Origin: Chromatiales bacterium
Lineage (GTDB): Bacteria; Pseudomonadota; Gammaproteobacteria; CAMYNG01
Assembly (NCBI GenBank): GCA_026990045.1
Contig: JALSIK010000281.1
Location: 1 to 58,001 of the forward strand
Length of the DNA stretch: 58,001 bases
Direction of reading: 5' to 3'
Shown: positions 1 through 7,629 of the stretch, in pieces
How positions within the stretch are numbered: the first letter of the stretch is position 1
Layout: every line of letters starts with the position of its first letter
Position numbers and translations under genes: made by a program
The notes under the pieces: model-generated
What the model was told of the DNA's origin: nothing
The model's input: only the letters and a program-made list of their open reading frames with translations
Databases searched by the model: none

Positions 1-1
1 G

Positions 2-652
2 GGCTGCCGGTGCTATGCCGCGGACTTCTCCGACTTCGAGGAGCGGCTGTTTCCGCAGCTCAAGGACGAGGACAAGCGCTACGCCAACCCGGACCCGGAG
101 GTTGACGCTTTGACCCTGGATTCCACGCATTATTTCGGGTTCAACGAAATCTTCATTTGTAAGCGCCACCCGGACGACAAGACCTTCATCGCCGTGACCA
201 TCGACGCCGGCGGCACGGGGGAGACGCAGGGCGGTCACGTGGTGGTGGAGTTTCCGGTGCAGGACTACCCGCAGTTTGCGCGGTTCGACTACGTGAAGGA
301 GCTGTTTCGCATCGTGGTGGAGCATTGCCGGCCAAATGAAGCTTACGTATTGTCATACGAATGGGTAGAAAACGTTGGAATTTATACTGAGGACAACTAC
401 ACCATCGTTCCGCCCGTGGGCTGGTTCACGTGGGTGGCGAACAAGGGCGCGGTGGGGTTTCTGCCGCTGTGGGCGGAGTACGAGGAGGCCGATGACGGTC
501 TCATCGTGTGGTTTTCGCGCGAGCCGGTGTATTCGACGGACGAGGGGGCGCTGGAGAAGGCGCGGGCCTTGCGGGACCGGCTGCACGAGAACGGCTACCT
601 GCCCGGGGACCCGGAGGCGGACCCCTCCAGCGCGCAGGTGGCGGGCCCGTAG
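2..652 (+). CDS. hypothetical protein, 5'-truncated by the window edge
   Basis: The frame stays open from nt 2 (..CYAADFSDFEERLFPQLKDEDKRY..) into track ORF 110..652, so the TTG at 110 is probably internal. Codons are GC3-rich except for an AT3 patch at 332-388. I cannot name a catalytic motif. Confidence 0.6.
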   Translation, partial: GCRCYAADFSDFEERLFPQLKDEDKRYANPDPEVDALTLDSTHYFGFNEIFICKRHPDDKTFIAVTIDAGGTGETQGGHVVVEFPVQDYPQFARFDYVKELFRIVVEHCRPNEAYVLSYEWVENVGIYTEDNYTIVPPVGWFTWVANKGAVGFLPLWAEYEEADDGLIVWFSREPVYSTDEGALEKARALRDRLHENGYLPGDPEADPSSAQVAGP

Positions 653-864
653 GGCGGCACCGCGCAGCGACCTGCCGGCCTGGCGTCCCTTTTTCCTCTT
701 CCGTCGTCCGTGTTCTGTCCTCCGGCCCCGGCCCTGCTGCGCGATGCCGCCGTGGCACGGCGGCGGCTTTCGCGGTGCCCAAGCCGCCCTGCGCTTACTG
801 CGTTTCGCACCGGCCCTTTGGGCCGATGGGTATGTGGTTCCGGGGGACACGCGGGGTGAGGAGA

Positions 865-1488
865 ATGTGTAAGATTGCGTGTGCACGGGCGTGGCCGGCG
901 GTGGCGGCCATGGTGATGGCGTTCGCGGGGCCGGCCGTCGCGGCGGAGGGTCCGGTACAGGACATCGTGGAGATGGTGCTCGGGGACAAGCGGACACGCC
1001 TGTACCGCACGGCGGACGGCTTCATTTTCAGGGGCATGTTGTGCGCGGACACGCGCCTGTCCGGTATCGGTCCCGTGGTGAAGGTGCTGGAATCCATGAA
1101 TGTCAGGGACATCGGGGTGCTGCTCGACCGCATTCAGGACAACGTGTGCAAGGTGATTCAGGGTCCCGTGCCGCAGTCCGAGGTGAAGGAGTTCTATCCC
1201 GAGGTGCTGCCCGCATCGGCGGCGATGTACCAGGGGATGAAGGTTCTGGGCGAGTGGGACTGCCCGTTGGATGGGGAACCGCAGCGGGCCAGGACGCTCA
1301 GGTTTCAAGACCTGTCCGGGAAGCTGCCCGTGGTGATCCGGATCCGGGTACGTGATCCGGGAACCGTGGAGCTCTGGCTGGCGCCGTTCCTGAAGGGGCC
1401 GAGCGGGGCCGAGCTGTGGCTGGTGCGTCACGCGGGTGCGGCGTTGAAGTGGCGGGTGGCGGCACGCTGTTATTCGGTGCGGATTTGA
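865..1488 (+). CDS. secreted hypothetical protein
   Basis: In-frame ATG at 865 inside track ORF 508..1488. N-terminal signal-peptide-like MCKIACARAWPAVAAMVMAFAGPAVAAEG. The upstream part of the ORF is low-complexity G/A/R/P. Confidence 0.55.
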   Translation: MCKIACARAWPAVAAMVMAFAGPAVAAEGPVQDIVEMVLGDKRTRLYRTADGFIFRGMLCADTRLSGIGPVVKVLESMNVRDIGVLLDRIQDNVCKVIQGPVPQSEVKEFYPEVLPASAAMYQGMKVLGEWDCPLDGEPQRARTLRFQDLSGKLPVVIRIRVRDPGTVELWLAPFLKGPSGAELWLVRHAGAALKWRVAARCYSVRI

Positions 1489-1532
1489 ATCCGCCCCGAC
1501 CGGTGCATGGAACGGCCACGGGAGTCGCCCGC

Positions 1533-2105
1533 GTGTTTCGCGCGAGCGTGGCTGCCGCGGTGGTGGTTCTGGTCGCCGGCTGCGCCGCACCGCCGGCGTT
1601 GCGTTGGGCCGACCCCGCCGCGCCGCCGCCGCGCCTGGCGGGATTCGAGGTGCCGCCGCCGCCCGGACGCTGGTACCGGGTGCGGGGCCCGGAGCGCGAA
1701 GTGTCCTACGTGCGTTACGGGCGTGCACCGGGCGTGGTGCACGCGGCCCAGGCGGTGCTGCTGCCGCTGCCCTTCACGTACTCCACCGCGGAGGAGTTTG
1801 CCGCCGCCCTGGCCCGCCATCGAGCGGGCCCGCTGCCGGACCGGTTCCGGCCCGTGCGCGAGCACAGCGAGCCGGCGACCTGGCGCGGGCTTCCTTGCGT
1901 GCGGTTTGCCGTGACGGTGCGGGACCTCGCGGCGCCGCGGCCGGCGGGAAGCGGGCCGCCGGTGCTGGAGATGGCGGGGTTCACTTGTGCGCTGGGGCCG
2001 GGCCGGGCGCTGGAGCTCCGTTACAGCCGCCGGGGAACCGGCCAGGGGATGCCGCTGGACCGGCTGGTGGCTTCGTTCGTGGACGGGGTGCGGCCGGTCC
2101 GGTGA
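1533..2105 (+). CDS. putative lipoprotein
   Basis: GTG at 1533 in track ORF 1416..2105. N-terminus VFRASVAAAVVVLVAGC carries a lipobox-like LVAGC. Confidence 0.55.
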   Translation: MFRASVAAAVVVLVAGCAAPPALRWADPAAPPPRLAGFEVPPPPGRWYRVRGPEREVSYVRYGRAPGVVHAAQAVLLPLPFTYSTAEEFAAALARHRAGPLPDRFRPVREHSEPATWRGLPCVRFAVTVRDLAAPRPAGSGPPVLEMAGFTCALGPGRALELRYSRRGTGQGMPLDRLVASFVDGVRPVR

Positions 2106-2220
2106 GATCCCGGCGCCATCACCGGTACCGCCCGGGAGCGCGACCGCGGCCCCTGCCGGTTCCTGCCGGCAGCACGGGCACCGGTGTCGGACGGGTCACG
2201 GGCTTGCCCGGCCGCGGGTG

Positions 2221-2412
2221 TCAGGCCTGGCGGTAGATGAGGCCCGGCCGGATGAGCACCTCGTTCTTCTTGAGCTGGTCCAGTGAGCAGCCCTCCGCAT
2301 CGCATTCGGCGATGCGGTCGAACACGTACTCCTTGTCCTCGTTGTAGATGGTCTCGGGGATGGGCTTGCCCAGGTGCATGCCCACGGTCCGTGACGGTTT
2401 GCGACGTTCCAC
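2221..2412 (-). CDS. small conserved-looking hypothetical protein (63 aa)
   Basis: GTG start preceded by GAGAGG at 8 nt spacing. Non-repetitive, charged sequence (..PIPETIYNEDKEYVFDRIAECDAEGCSLDQLKKNEVLIRPG..). Family not recognised. Confidence 0.45.
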   Translation of the reverse strand: MERRKPSRTVGMHLGKPIPETIYNEDKEYVFDRIAECDAEGCSLDQLKKNEVLIRPGLIYRQA

Positions 2413-2541
2413 TTCGGTTACCTCTCGCTCTGTTGTCCAGGTGGCATGGGGACAGGAAAAGTATCGGCCGCCTGTCGCGATCTTTGAACACGGAACGGGG
2501 GCAAAGTGCCCCGGGACCGGCCGGAACGCCCGGAATGTGAG

Positions 2542-3522
2542 TCAGTTGGCAGTTGCCGTGGCGGCCGCGGGGGCGGCCGGCCTGCGGCGGGTCAGGGTCA
2601 GGGTCTGGGTGCGGTCCCGCACGCACTGTGCGCCCCGTTTCTTGACCTGGCATTCCAGGGTATGGGGCTTGCTGCGCTGACCCACCTCGACGCTGATGCG
2701 CATGCCGCCCAGGTCCTCGCTGGCGACGGCATCCACCTCGCGGGGCTTCACTTCGACCACCTCGTTGACGTAGCGCAGCGTGAAGCGGCCCGAGGCATCG
2801 GGGGCCTGGACCGTGGTGCGGGTCACGTAAGTGACGACCGCCGCCGGGGTGGGCCGGCTGCGGGGCCGGGAAACGCACCGGGCGCTCTTGCCGTCGGCGG
2901 CGGCCTCGCAGCTGGTCATGCGCGAGGGCAGGAAGCCCACGGGCCGGCCGTCCCGTTCCCAGTGGCTGCCCAGGAGGACGTCGATGGGCCTTGCCGGCGG
3001 GGTACCGGGGGAACGGTGAGCCGCACGCCGCAGCCGCGCCTCCATGGCGTGGACCTTGTCCACCGCGCCGTAGTACCCGCCCTCGGCGGCCCGCCGGTAC
3101 CAGCGCAGGGCCAGGTTCAGATTGCGTTTCACGCCGCGGCCCTCCTCGTAGGCCCGGCCCAGGTAGAACATGGCCCGGGGGACCTTGCGGGCCGCCGCCG
3201 ACTGCAGGAACCGCAGGGCCTTCGCCGGGTCCGGCTTGACGTCCCGCCCCTCCAGGTACATGACGCCGAGGCTGGTCTGGGCCGAGGGGTTGCCCTTGGC
3301 GGCCGCCCGTCCCAGCCAGTCCAGGGCCTGGGGAATGGAGCGGGGCACGCCGTGGCCGCGCTGGTACATCTTGCCCACGTCGTACATGGCCGCGGGATCC
3401 CCGGCCTTGGCCTGTTCCAGGCGCTTGGCGAAGCGCTCCGCCAGCACCCAGTCTCCCTGGAACGCCGCCGCCGGGAGGGCGGCCACGGCCAGGATCAGGG
3501 CCGGTATCCATCGTCTGTTCAT
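2542..3522 (-). CDS. Sel1-repeat (SLR/TPR-like) protein with signal peptide
   Basis: Internal ATG at 3522 gives MNRRWIPALILAVAALPAAAFQ. Repeated Sel1-type units follow (AAMYDVGKMYQRGHGVPRSIPQALDWLGRAAAKGNPSAQTSLGVMYLEGRDVKPDPAKALRFL..AMFYLGRAYEEGRGVKRNLNLALRWYRRAAEGG). Confidence 0.8.
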   Translation of the reverse strand: MNRRWIPALILAVAALPAAAFQGDWVLAERFAKRLEQAKAGDPAAMYDVGKMYQRGHGVPRSIPQALDWLGRAAAKGNPSAQTSLGVMYLEGRDVKPDPAKALRFLQSAAARKVPRAMFYLGRAYEEGRGVKRNLNLALRWYRRAAEGGYYGAVDKVHAMEARLRRAAHRSPGTPPARPIDVLLGSHWERDGRPVGFLPSRMTSCEAAADGKSARCVSRPRSRPTPAAVVTYVTRTTVQAPDASGRFTLRYVNEVVEVKPREVDAVASEDLGGMRISVEVGQRSKPHTLECQVKKRGAQCVRDRTQTLTLTRRRPAAPAAATATAN

Positions 3523-3737
3523 GTCGCAGCTCCGGGTTGACAGCCCCCTTGCGCGGGGCTTCCCTTCGTACTCCCGGACCATCGGCAGGCCCCGGAAAAA
3601 CTTGAAGCATTTCCGGCAGCAGGGCGCGCGAGTGGCTATAATTGGCACCGCGTATCCCGGAATTTTGCCGCCGGTGGGGATACCCGGTGCTCGGGCCGCC
3701 GTCACCGGGGGCCGCACCGGCGCGAGGGCCAGGGAGC

Positions 3738-4193
3738 ATGGATACCCAGACAAGCAGGATTGCCGGTTTCCGGCCGCACCCGGAATTCGTCACCCTGATT
3801 CAGACCGTCTACGAGTGCGGCCACGCCTACAGCAGCCAGCTGTCCCGTTTCCAGATCCCGGAAGACGGCGCCATCCGCTGCGTCAAGTGCGTCACCGGCA
3901 TGCCCCCGGACGTGGAGGGCGAGGAGTTCGCCCGCGTGTGCAACCAGGGCCTGGCGGATCACCCGGTCATCGGCCGCCTGGCCCGCGCCCTGCGCTACCA
4001 CATGAACCTGACGGAGAAACAGTGCCTGATGGCGGACGCCGCCCGGCCGGAAGTGGAGGAGGCCATTTACGAGGCGCGGGCGGTGCTGGAGGCGGTGGGC
4101 CTGGGCTTCGATCCCATGGGTGCCGGGGCGGGCACGGCCGGTGACGCGGCGGCGGCCGGCAACTATCCCCTGCCGGATTTGTCTCTCTTGTAG
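3738..4193 (+). CDS. hypothetical Cys/His-motif protein, paralogue A
   Basis: ATG at 3738 after AGGGAG. N-terminal RIAGFRPHPEFVTLIQTVYECGH..RCVKCVTGMPPD is clearly paralogous to CDS 4513..4962. Confidence 0.6.
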   Translation: MDTQTSRIAGFRPHPEFVTLIQTVYECGHAYSSQLSRFQIPEDGAIRCVKCVTGMPPDVEGEEFARVCNQGLADHPVIGRLARALRYHMNLTEKQCLMADAARPEVEEAIYEARAVLEAVGLGFDPMGAGAGTAGDAAAAGNYPLPDLSLL

Positions 4194-4220
4194 TAAGGTT
4201 GGCACGGGGAGGTGCAGGCC

Positions 4221-4502
4221 ATGATCAACGAGAGACGGCGGATGCGGCGTATCCAGTTCCCGCGTCCCGTGCGGGTGGCGGGTGCCCGGGGCGAGCGGTG
4301 GTCGGCCCGGGGGGTGGATTTCTGCCTCGACGGCATCGGCCTGGAGGCTGCCCGCGAGGCCGCTGTGGGCGAGGAAGTGAGCGTCATCTTCAACCTCGCC
4401 CGGCCCGGGGGCCGGGCGCGCACGGTCCAGGCCCGCGGCCGGGTGGCCCACTGCGAGCGGCACGGTGCGGCGTACGTGCTGGGTGTCCAGTTCCGGCACT
4501 GA
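4221..4502 (+). CDS. PilZ domain protein (putative c-di-GMP receptor)
   Basis: RRRMR matches the RxxxR motif and DFCLDG matches D-x-(S/A-like)-x-x-G, at the right spacing for a PilZ beta-barrel. ATG at 4221 lies 8 nt after GGAGG; the track start is the GTG at 4212. Confidence 0.7.
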   Translation: MINERRRMRRIQFPRPVRVAGARGERWSARGVDFCLDGIGLEAAREAAVGEEVSVIFNLARPGGRARTVQARGRVAHCERHGAAYVLGVQFRH

Positions 4503-4512
4503 GCGCGCGCCC

Positions 4513-4962
4513 ATGACCCAGCGCCGTATCCTGGGCTACCGGCCCCACCCCGCGTTCAAGACCCTGACCCAGGAAATCTACGAGTGCGGGCACGTGCGCA
4601 GCGCGCCCACCCGCGAGCTGGAGCACGCCCAGGGGCAGCGCCGGCGGTGCATCAAGTGCAGCCGCGGAATGCCGCCCGATCTCTCGCCCGAGGAAATGGC
4701 CCTCCTGCGCCCGGTCCAGAACGAGGCTCCCCTGCTGGCCCGCCTGTGCCGGGCGCTGGCGTTCCATCTCAACGAGACCGAGAGCATGCGGCGCCGGTAT
4801 GGCGGCGAGTTGCCCGAGGTGGACGCCGCCATCCTCGAGGCCCATGAGGCCCTGCGCCAGGCGGGTTACCGCGTCCAGGCCGCACCCCTGCCGCGCCGCG
4901 AGCGCGGGGCGGCGGAGCCGGCAGGTGCGGCGAGTCGGCGCAGGGGGGCAGGCGGGGATTGA
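4513..4962 (+). CDS. hypothetical Cys/His-motif protein, paralogue B
   Basis: ATG at 4513, 10 nt after the PilZ stop. RILGYRPHPAFKTLTQEIYECGH..RRCIKCSRGMPPD aligns with paralogue A. The last ~25 codons and the stop lie inside repeat copy 4886..4962. Confidence 0.6.
   Translation: MTQRRILGYRPHPAFKTLTQEIYECGHVRSAPTRELEHAQGQRRRCIKCSRGMPPDLSPEEMALLRPVQNEAPLLARLCRALAFHLNETESMRRRYGGELPEVDAAILEAHEALRQAGYRVQAAPLPRRERGAAEPAGAASRRRGAGGD
4886..4962. repeat. 77-nt repeat, copy 1 (contains the CCGCGC/GCGCGG hairpin)
   Basis: Direct comparison with 5016..5091 gives 75 identical positions, one mismatch and one 1-nt indel. Confidence 0.9.
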
Positions 4963-5015
4963 GGTTCTGGAGGCCGGGGGCGGTCCGGGAGACTCGCTGG
5001 GGAGAAGGGTTTGGG

Positions 5016-5091
5016 CCCTGCCGCGCCGCGAGCGCGGGGCGGCGGAGCCGGCAGGTGCGGCGAGTCGGCGCAGGGGGCAGGCGAGGATTGA
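5016..5091. repeat. 76-nt repeat, copy 2 (intergenic)
   Basis: Same sequence as 4886..4962, offset by 130 nt, in the convergent gap before the stop of CDS 5122..6321. Confidence 0.9.
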
Positions 5092-5121
5092 TTTTTTGGG
5101 CCGGGCGGCGGGTTCCCGGGC

Positions 5122-6321
5122 TCAGGGCGGGGCTTCTTCCACGTCCACCTCGAATTCCACCCGGTTGTTGCGCCGCGCGATGCGGTTCCAGGTCCCGGCG
5201 GTGGTCCGCGGATCCACCGGCGGATAGGACAGGCGCGGGGAGTCGTCCCCGTGCAGCCGGATTTCGGCCTGCAGGCGCCCGCCCGAGGACTCGGGCAGCG
5301 CCGCCAGGAACTCGGCGAAGGCCACGGACATGGCCTGGGCCCGCGTCAGCCGCGGGGGCGCGGCCAGGGCGTCCGGGTCGCAGTCGGTGGCGGGAGCCGT
5401 TTCCGCGGCCGGGACCAGGGTGCCGCCGGGCGTGCGCCGGAGGCAGAAGCGACCCTGGTGGACGTGAATCAGGATGCGGCCATGGAGGCCGGCCGCGGCG
5501 AGCCGGTGGGCCAGCTCGCGCAGGGTCTCCAGGCGTTCGCCGTCCAGGGGAACCTCTCCCCAGGCGTAGAGGCCGCTGGTACGCAGGGCCCAGGTGAGGG
5601 CGCGGCCCAGGCGGGCGGTGGCCGGCGGGACCGGCGCGCCGCGACCGGAAGCGGCCTGCTCCAGGCGCTGCGCCAGCTCGCTCACGGTGCGTGCAGCCCG
5701 TTCCACCTCCAGCCGCTGGCTCTCGGTGGCCTCACGGTAGAGGTGGTGGACCCACCAGGGCAGCGCCACGGCCAGGACGGCGGCGAGGACCAGCGCGGTC
5801 CGGGCGGGACGGGATGCGGCCGGGGCGGGCACCGGTGCCGGCCCGGACCCGGGGGTGGCGGGGGTCCCGGTTGTGGGGGCAGCCACCGGCTCGTTGGCAG
5901 GGGCCAGGTGGGACAGGGAAGGCGCGCGCACCGGCTGCGGGCGGGGCTCGTCGAACAGGTGCAGCGCCCGCAGGTTCTCGGCCAGTTCCTCCGGACCCAC
6001 TTCCTTGGGCAGGACGGCCGCCGCCCCCAGGGCCCGGGCCTGGGCCACGTACTCCTCGTTCTGCTTGGAAGTGTACATGAGCACCGGGATGGCGCCGGTG
6101 ACGGGATCGGCCTTGATGCTGCGCAAGGCCTCCAGTCCGTCCATGCCCGGCATCATGTGGTCGAGGAAGATGACGTCGGGGCGGTGGCGGCGCAGGTACT
6201 CCATGGCCGCCTCGGCCGAGTCGGCGGCGTCGAATGCCAGGCCCAGCTGCTGCAGCAAGCGGCCCAGGGCGAGCCGGGCCACCCGGGAATCGTCGACGAT
6301 GAGCGCGAGGCGCTGGGCCAT
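5122..6321 (-). CDS. response-regulator receiver fused to a TM segment and an OmpA-C-like domain
   Basis: N-terminal CheY-like receiver (LIVDDS..VIFLDHMMPGMDG..VLMYTSK). Pro/Ala linker, then a hydrophobic segment (ALVLAAVLAVALPWWV). The C-terminus ends ..NRIARRNNRVEFEV, like the OmpA/MotB peptidoglycan-binding signature. Confidence 0.8.
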   Translation of the reverse strand: MAQRLALIVDDSRVARLALGRLLQQLGLAFDAADSAEAAMEYLRRHRPDVIFLDHMMPGMDGLEALRSIKADPVTGAIPVLMYTSKQNEEYVAQARALGAAAVLPKEVGPEELAENLRALHLFDEPRPQPVRAPSLSHLAPANEPVAAPTTGTPATPGSGPAPVPAPAASRPARTALVLAAVLAVALPWWVHHLYREATESQRLEVERAARTVSELAQRLEQAASGRGAPVPPATARLGRALTWALRTSGLYAWGEVPLDGERLETLRELAHRLAAAGLHGRILIHVHQGRFCLRRTPGGTLVPAAETAPATDCDPDALAAPPRLTRAQAMSVAFAEFLAALPESSGGRLQAEIRLHGDDSPRLSYPPVDPRTTAGTWNRIARRNNRVEFEVDVEEAPP

Positions 6322-6405
6322 GGGGATTCTCTCCGGCCTGGACTCCGCTCCCCCATTATGCCCTGTCCCGGCGCCGGGGACCGTGCCCCGTGCACGCCCG
6401 GGCGC

Positions 6406-7182
6406 TCAGTCGCGGAGCCACCTGATTTCCCGCGCCGTGGCCTCGCCCACCACGCAATGGTGCAGGGTGGGAGGCATGACCGCCCGGCTGGCCGAGACCG
6501 GGATGCGCCCGCCCATGATCTCGGCGAAGCGCTGGGGATGGCGGGGCTCGCGCGCCGGCTCGGCGTAGCCGTCTGGCCAGCGGGGCTGGCCGCCGGGCAG
6601 GTACTTGTCGGTGGCGCCCAGGGTGTGGAGGATCTCGTGGGCGATGACCACGTTGTTGGTCTCGGCGTGGCGGCGGCCGGCGAAGGCGTTGACCACGCCG
6701 ATGAGCCCCTTTTCCAGCCCCAGGGAGTGGGCCAGGCGCCGGACGTGGGTCGGGTCGTGGTAGACCACGAACACCCGGATGTCCGGCGCAGGTCCGGGGA
6801 AGTTGTCGGCCCGCCAGGCCCACCAGCGCAGGTGCAGGCTCCACGGCATGACCCGCCAGGGGGCGGGGTCGGCCGGCGGGGGCGGCGGCAGGGTGTCCAC
6901 CTCCGGCGCCAGCTCCACCCGCAACGGGGTGTCGATGTCCACCTCCCAGGCCCGGGCCTCGTCGGCGAAGAACTGCTCCAGGGCCGCGAAGCGGCGCCGC
7001 GTCAGGCTCCGGATGTAGGCCGCGGTGGTGGGCCGGCCGTCACCGTTGATGGGGTAGATCACCACCCACAGGGCCGCGTCCCAGTCGGTGGTGCGCAGGC
7101 GGGTGAGCCAGGTGCTGGCGGCCACGATGGCCAGGGTGGCCAGCAGCACGAAGATGCGGAGCAGGCGGAACAGTCGGCGCAC
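6406..7182 (-). CDS. membrane-anchored putative zinc metallopeptidase (HExxH)
   Basis: N-terminal TM (LLRIFVLLATLAIVAAS) and the HEILH motif in ..NNVVIAHEILHTLGATDKY... Confidence 0.65.
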   Translation of the reverse strand: MRRLFRLLRIFVLLATLAIVAASTWLTRLRTTDWDAALWVVIYPINGDGRPTTAAYIRSLTRRRFAALEQFFADEARAWEVDIDTPLRVELAPEVDTLPPPPPADPAPWRVMPWSLHLRWWAWRADNFPGPAPDIRVFVVYHDPTHVRRLAHSLGLEKGLIGVVNAFAGRRHAETNNVVIAHEILHTLGATDKYLPGGQPRWPDGYAEPAREPRHPQRFAEIMGGRIPVSASRAVMPPTLHHCVVGEATAREIRWLRD

Positions 7183-7324
7183 GTCGTGGATCCCTCGGTC
7201 CGGAACTCTGGATAAGGGAACCTATCCCAAAATCGGTTCCCTGTCCCGTGCGCCGTGGGCGGGCACGGGGCCGGCGCGGCGTGAAACATAAAAAATCAAT
7301 AAAAACAATCAGTTGAATTGACTC

Positions 7325-7353
7325 TTGCAAGCACGGGCGGGGCCGTCTATGGT
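7325..7353 (+). promoter_or_regulatory. sigma70-like promoter (TTGCAA-17 nt-TATGGT)
   Basis: The hexamers and the 17-nt spacer were read directly, next to the only AT-rich stretch (7285-7320) of this intergenic region. Confidence 0.35.
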
Positions 7354-7359
7354 TGAGGC

Positions 7360-7540
7360 TAGCCGTCCGGCCGGCCGTTCCACCGCCGCCAGGCAGCTTG
7401 CCCGGTCCCGGCAACACCGGCTCCGTTTTCCAGTGGTACGTGATTGTGCGAAGCCCGTGCGGCGTGCCGTGCCCGGGCCCCATTCCGGTTTCGCTTTTGC
7501 CCTCCGGTTGAGCATTGAACTTCTTCGGGGGGTTTTTTTT
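7360..7540 (+). ncRNA. candidate small RNA or 5' leader (about 180 nt), identity unknown
   Basis: Bounded by the promoter above and by a GC-rich stem (7500-7507 / 7525-7532, two G-U pairs) followed by a run of eight T (7533-7540). No convincing ORF inside. Confidence 0.3.
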
Positions 7541-7629
7541 GCGCGCCCGCCGCCGTTGTGGCCGGCGGCGGGCCGCCCGTGCTATATGAAAGGCATGTCC
7601 AGCCGCCAGCCGCACCGCAAGGCCTCCCG

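Noticed and set aside
7360-7540. Assignment of the candidate RNA to a known family (6S RNA, SRP RNA, tRNA, tmRNA or a known riboswitch)
   Set aside because: I could not pair the 5' and 3' ends into the long 6S-type helix, and there is no SRP-type GGAA motif context or tRNA cloverleaf. The length is wrong for RNase P RNA or tmRNA. It is kept only as an unnamed candidate.
7558-7629. Longer N-terminus for the AAA+ ATPase (track start 7558)
   Set aside because: The extra 24 residues are Gly/Pro-rich, overlap a perfect 10-bp hairpin and precede the conserved family N-terminus. The GTG at 7630 has an AAGG 8 nt upstream. Not fully excluded.
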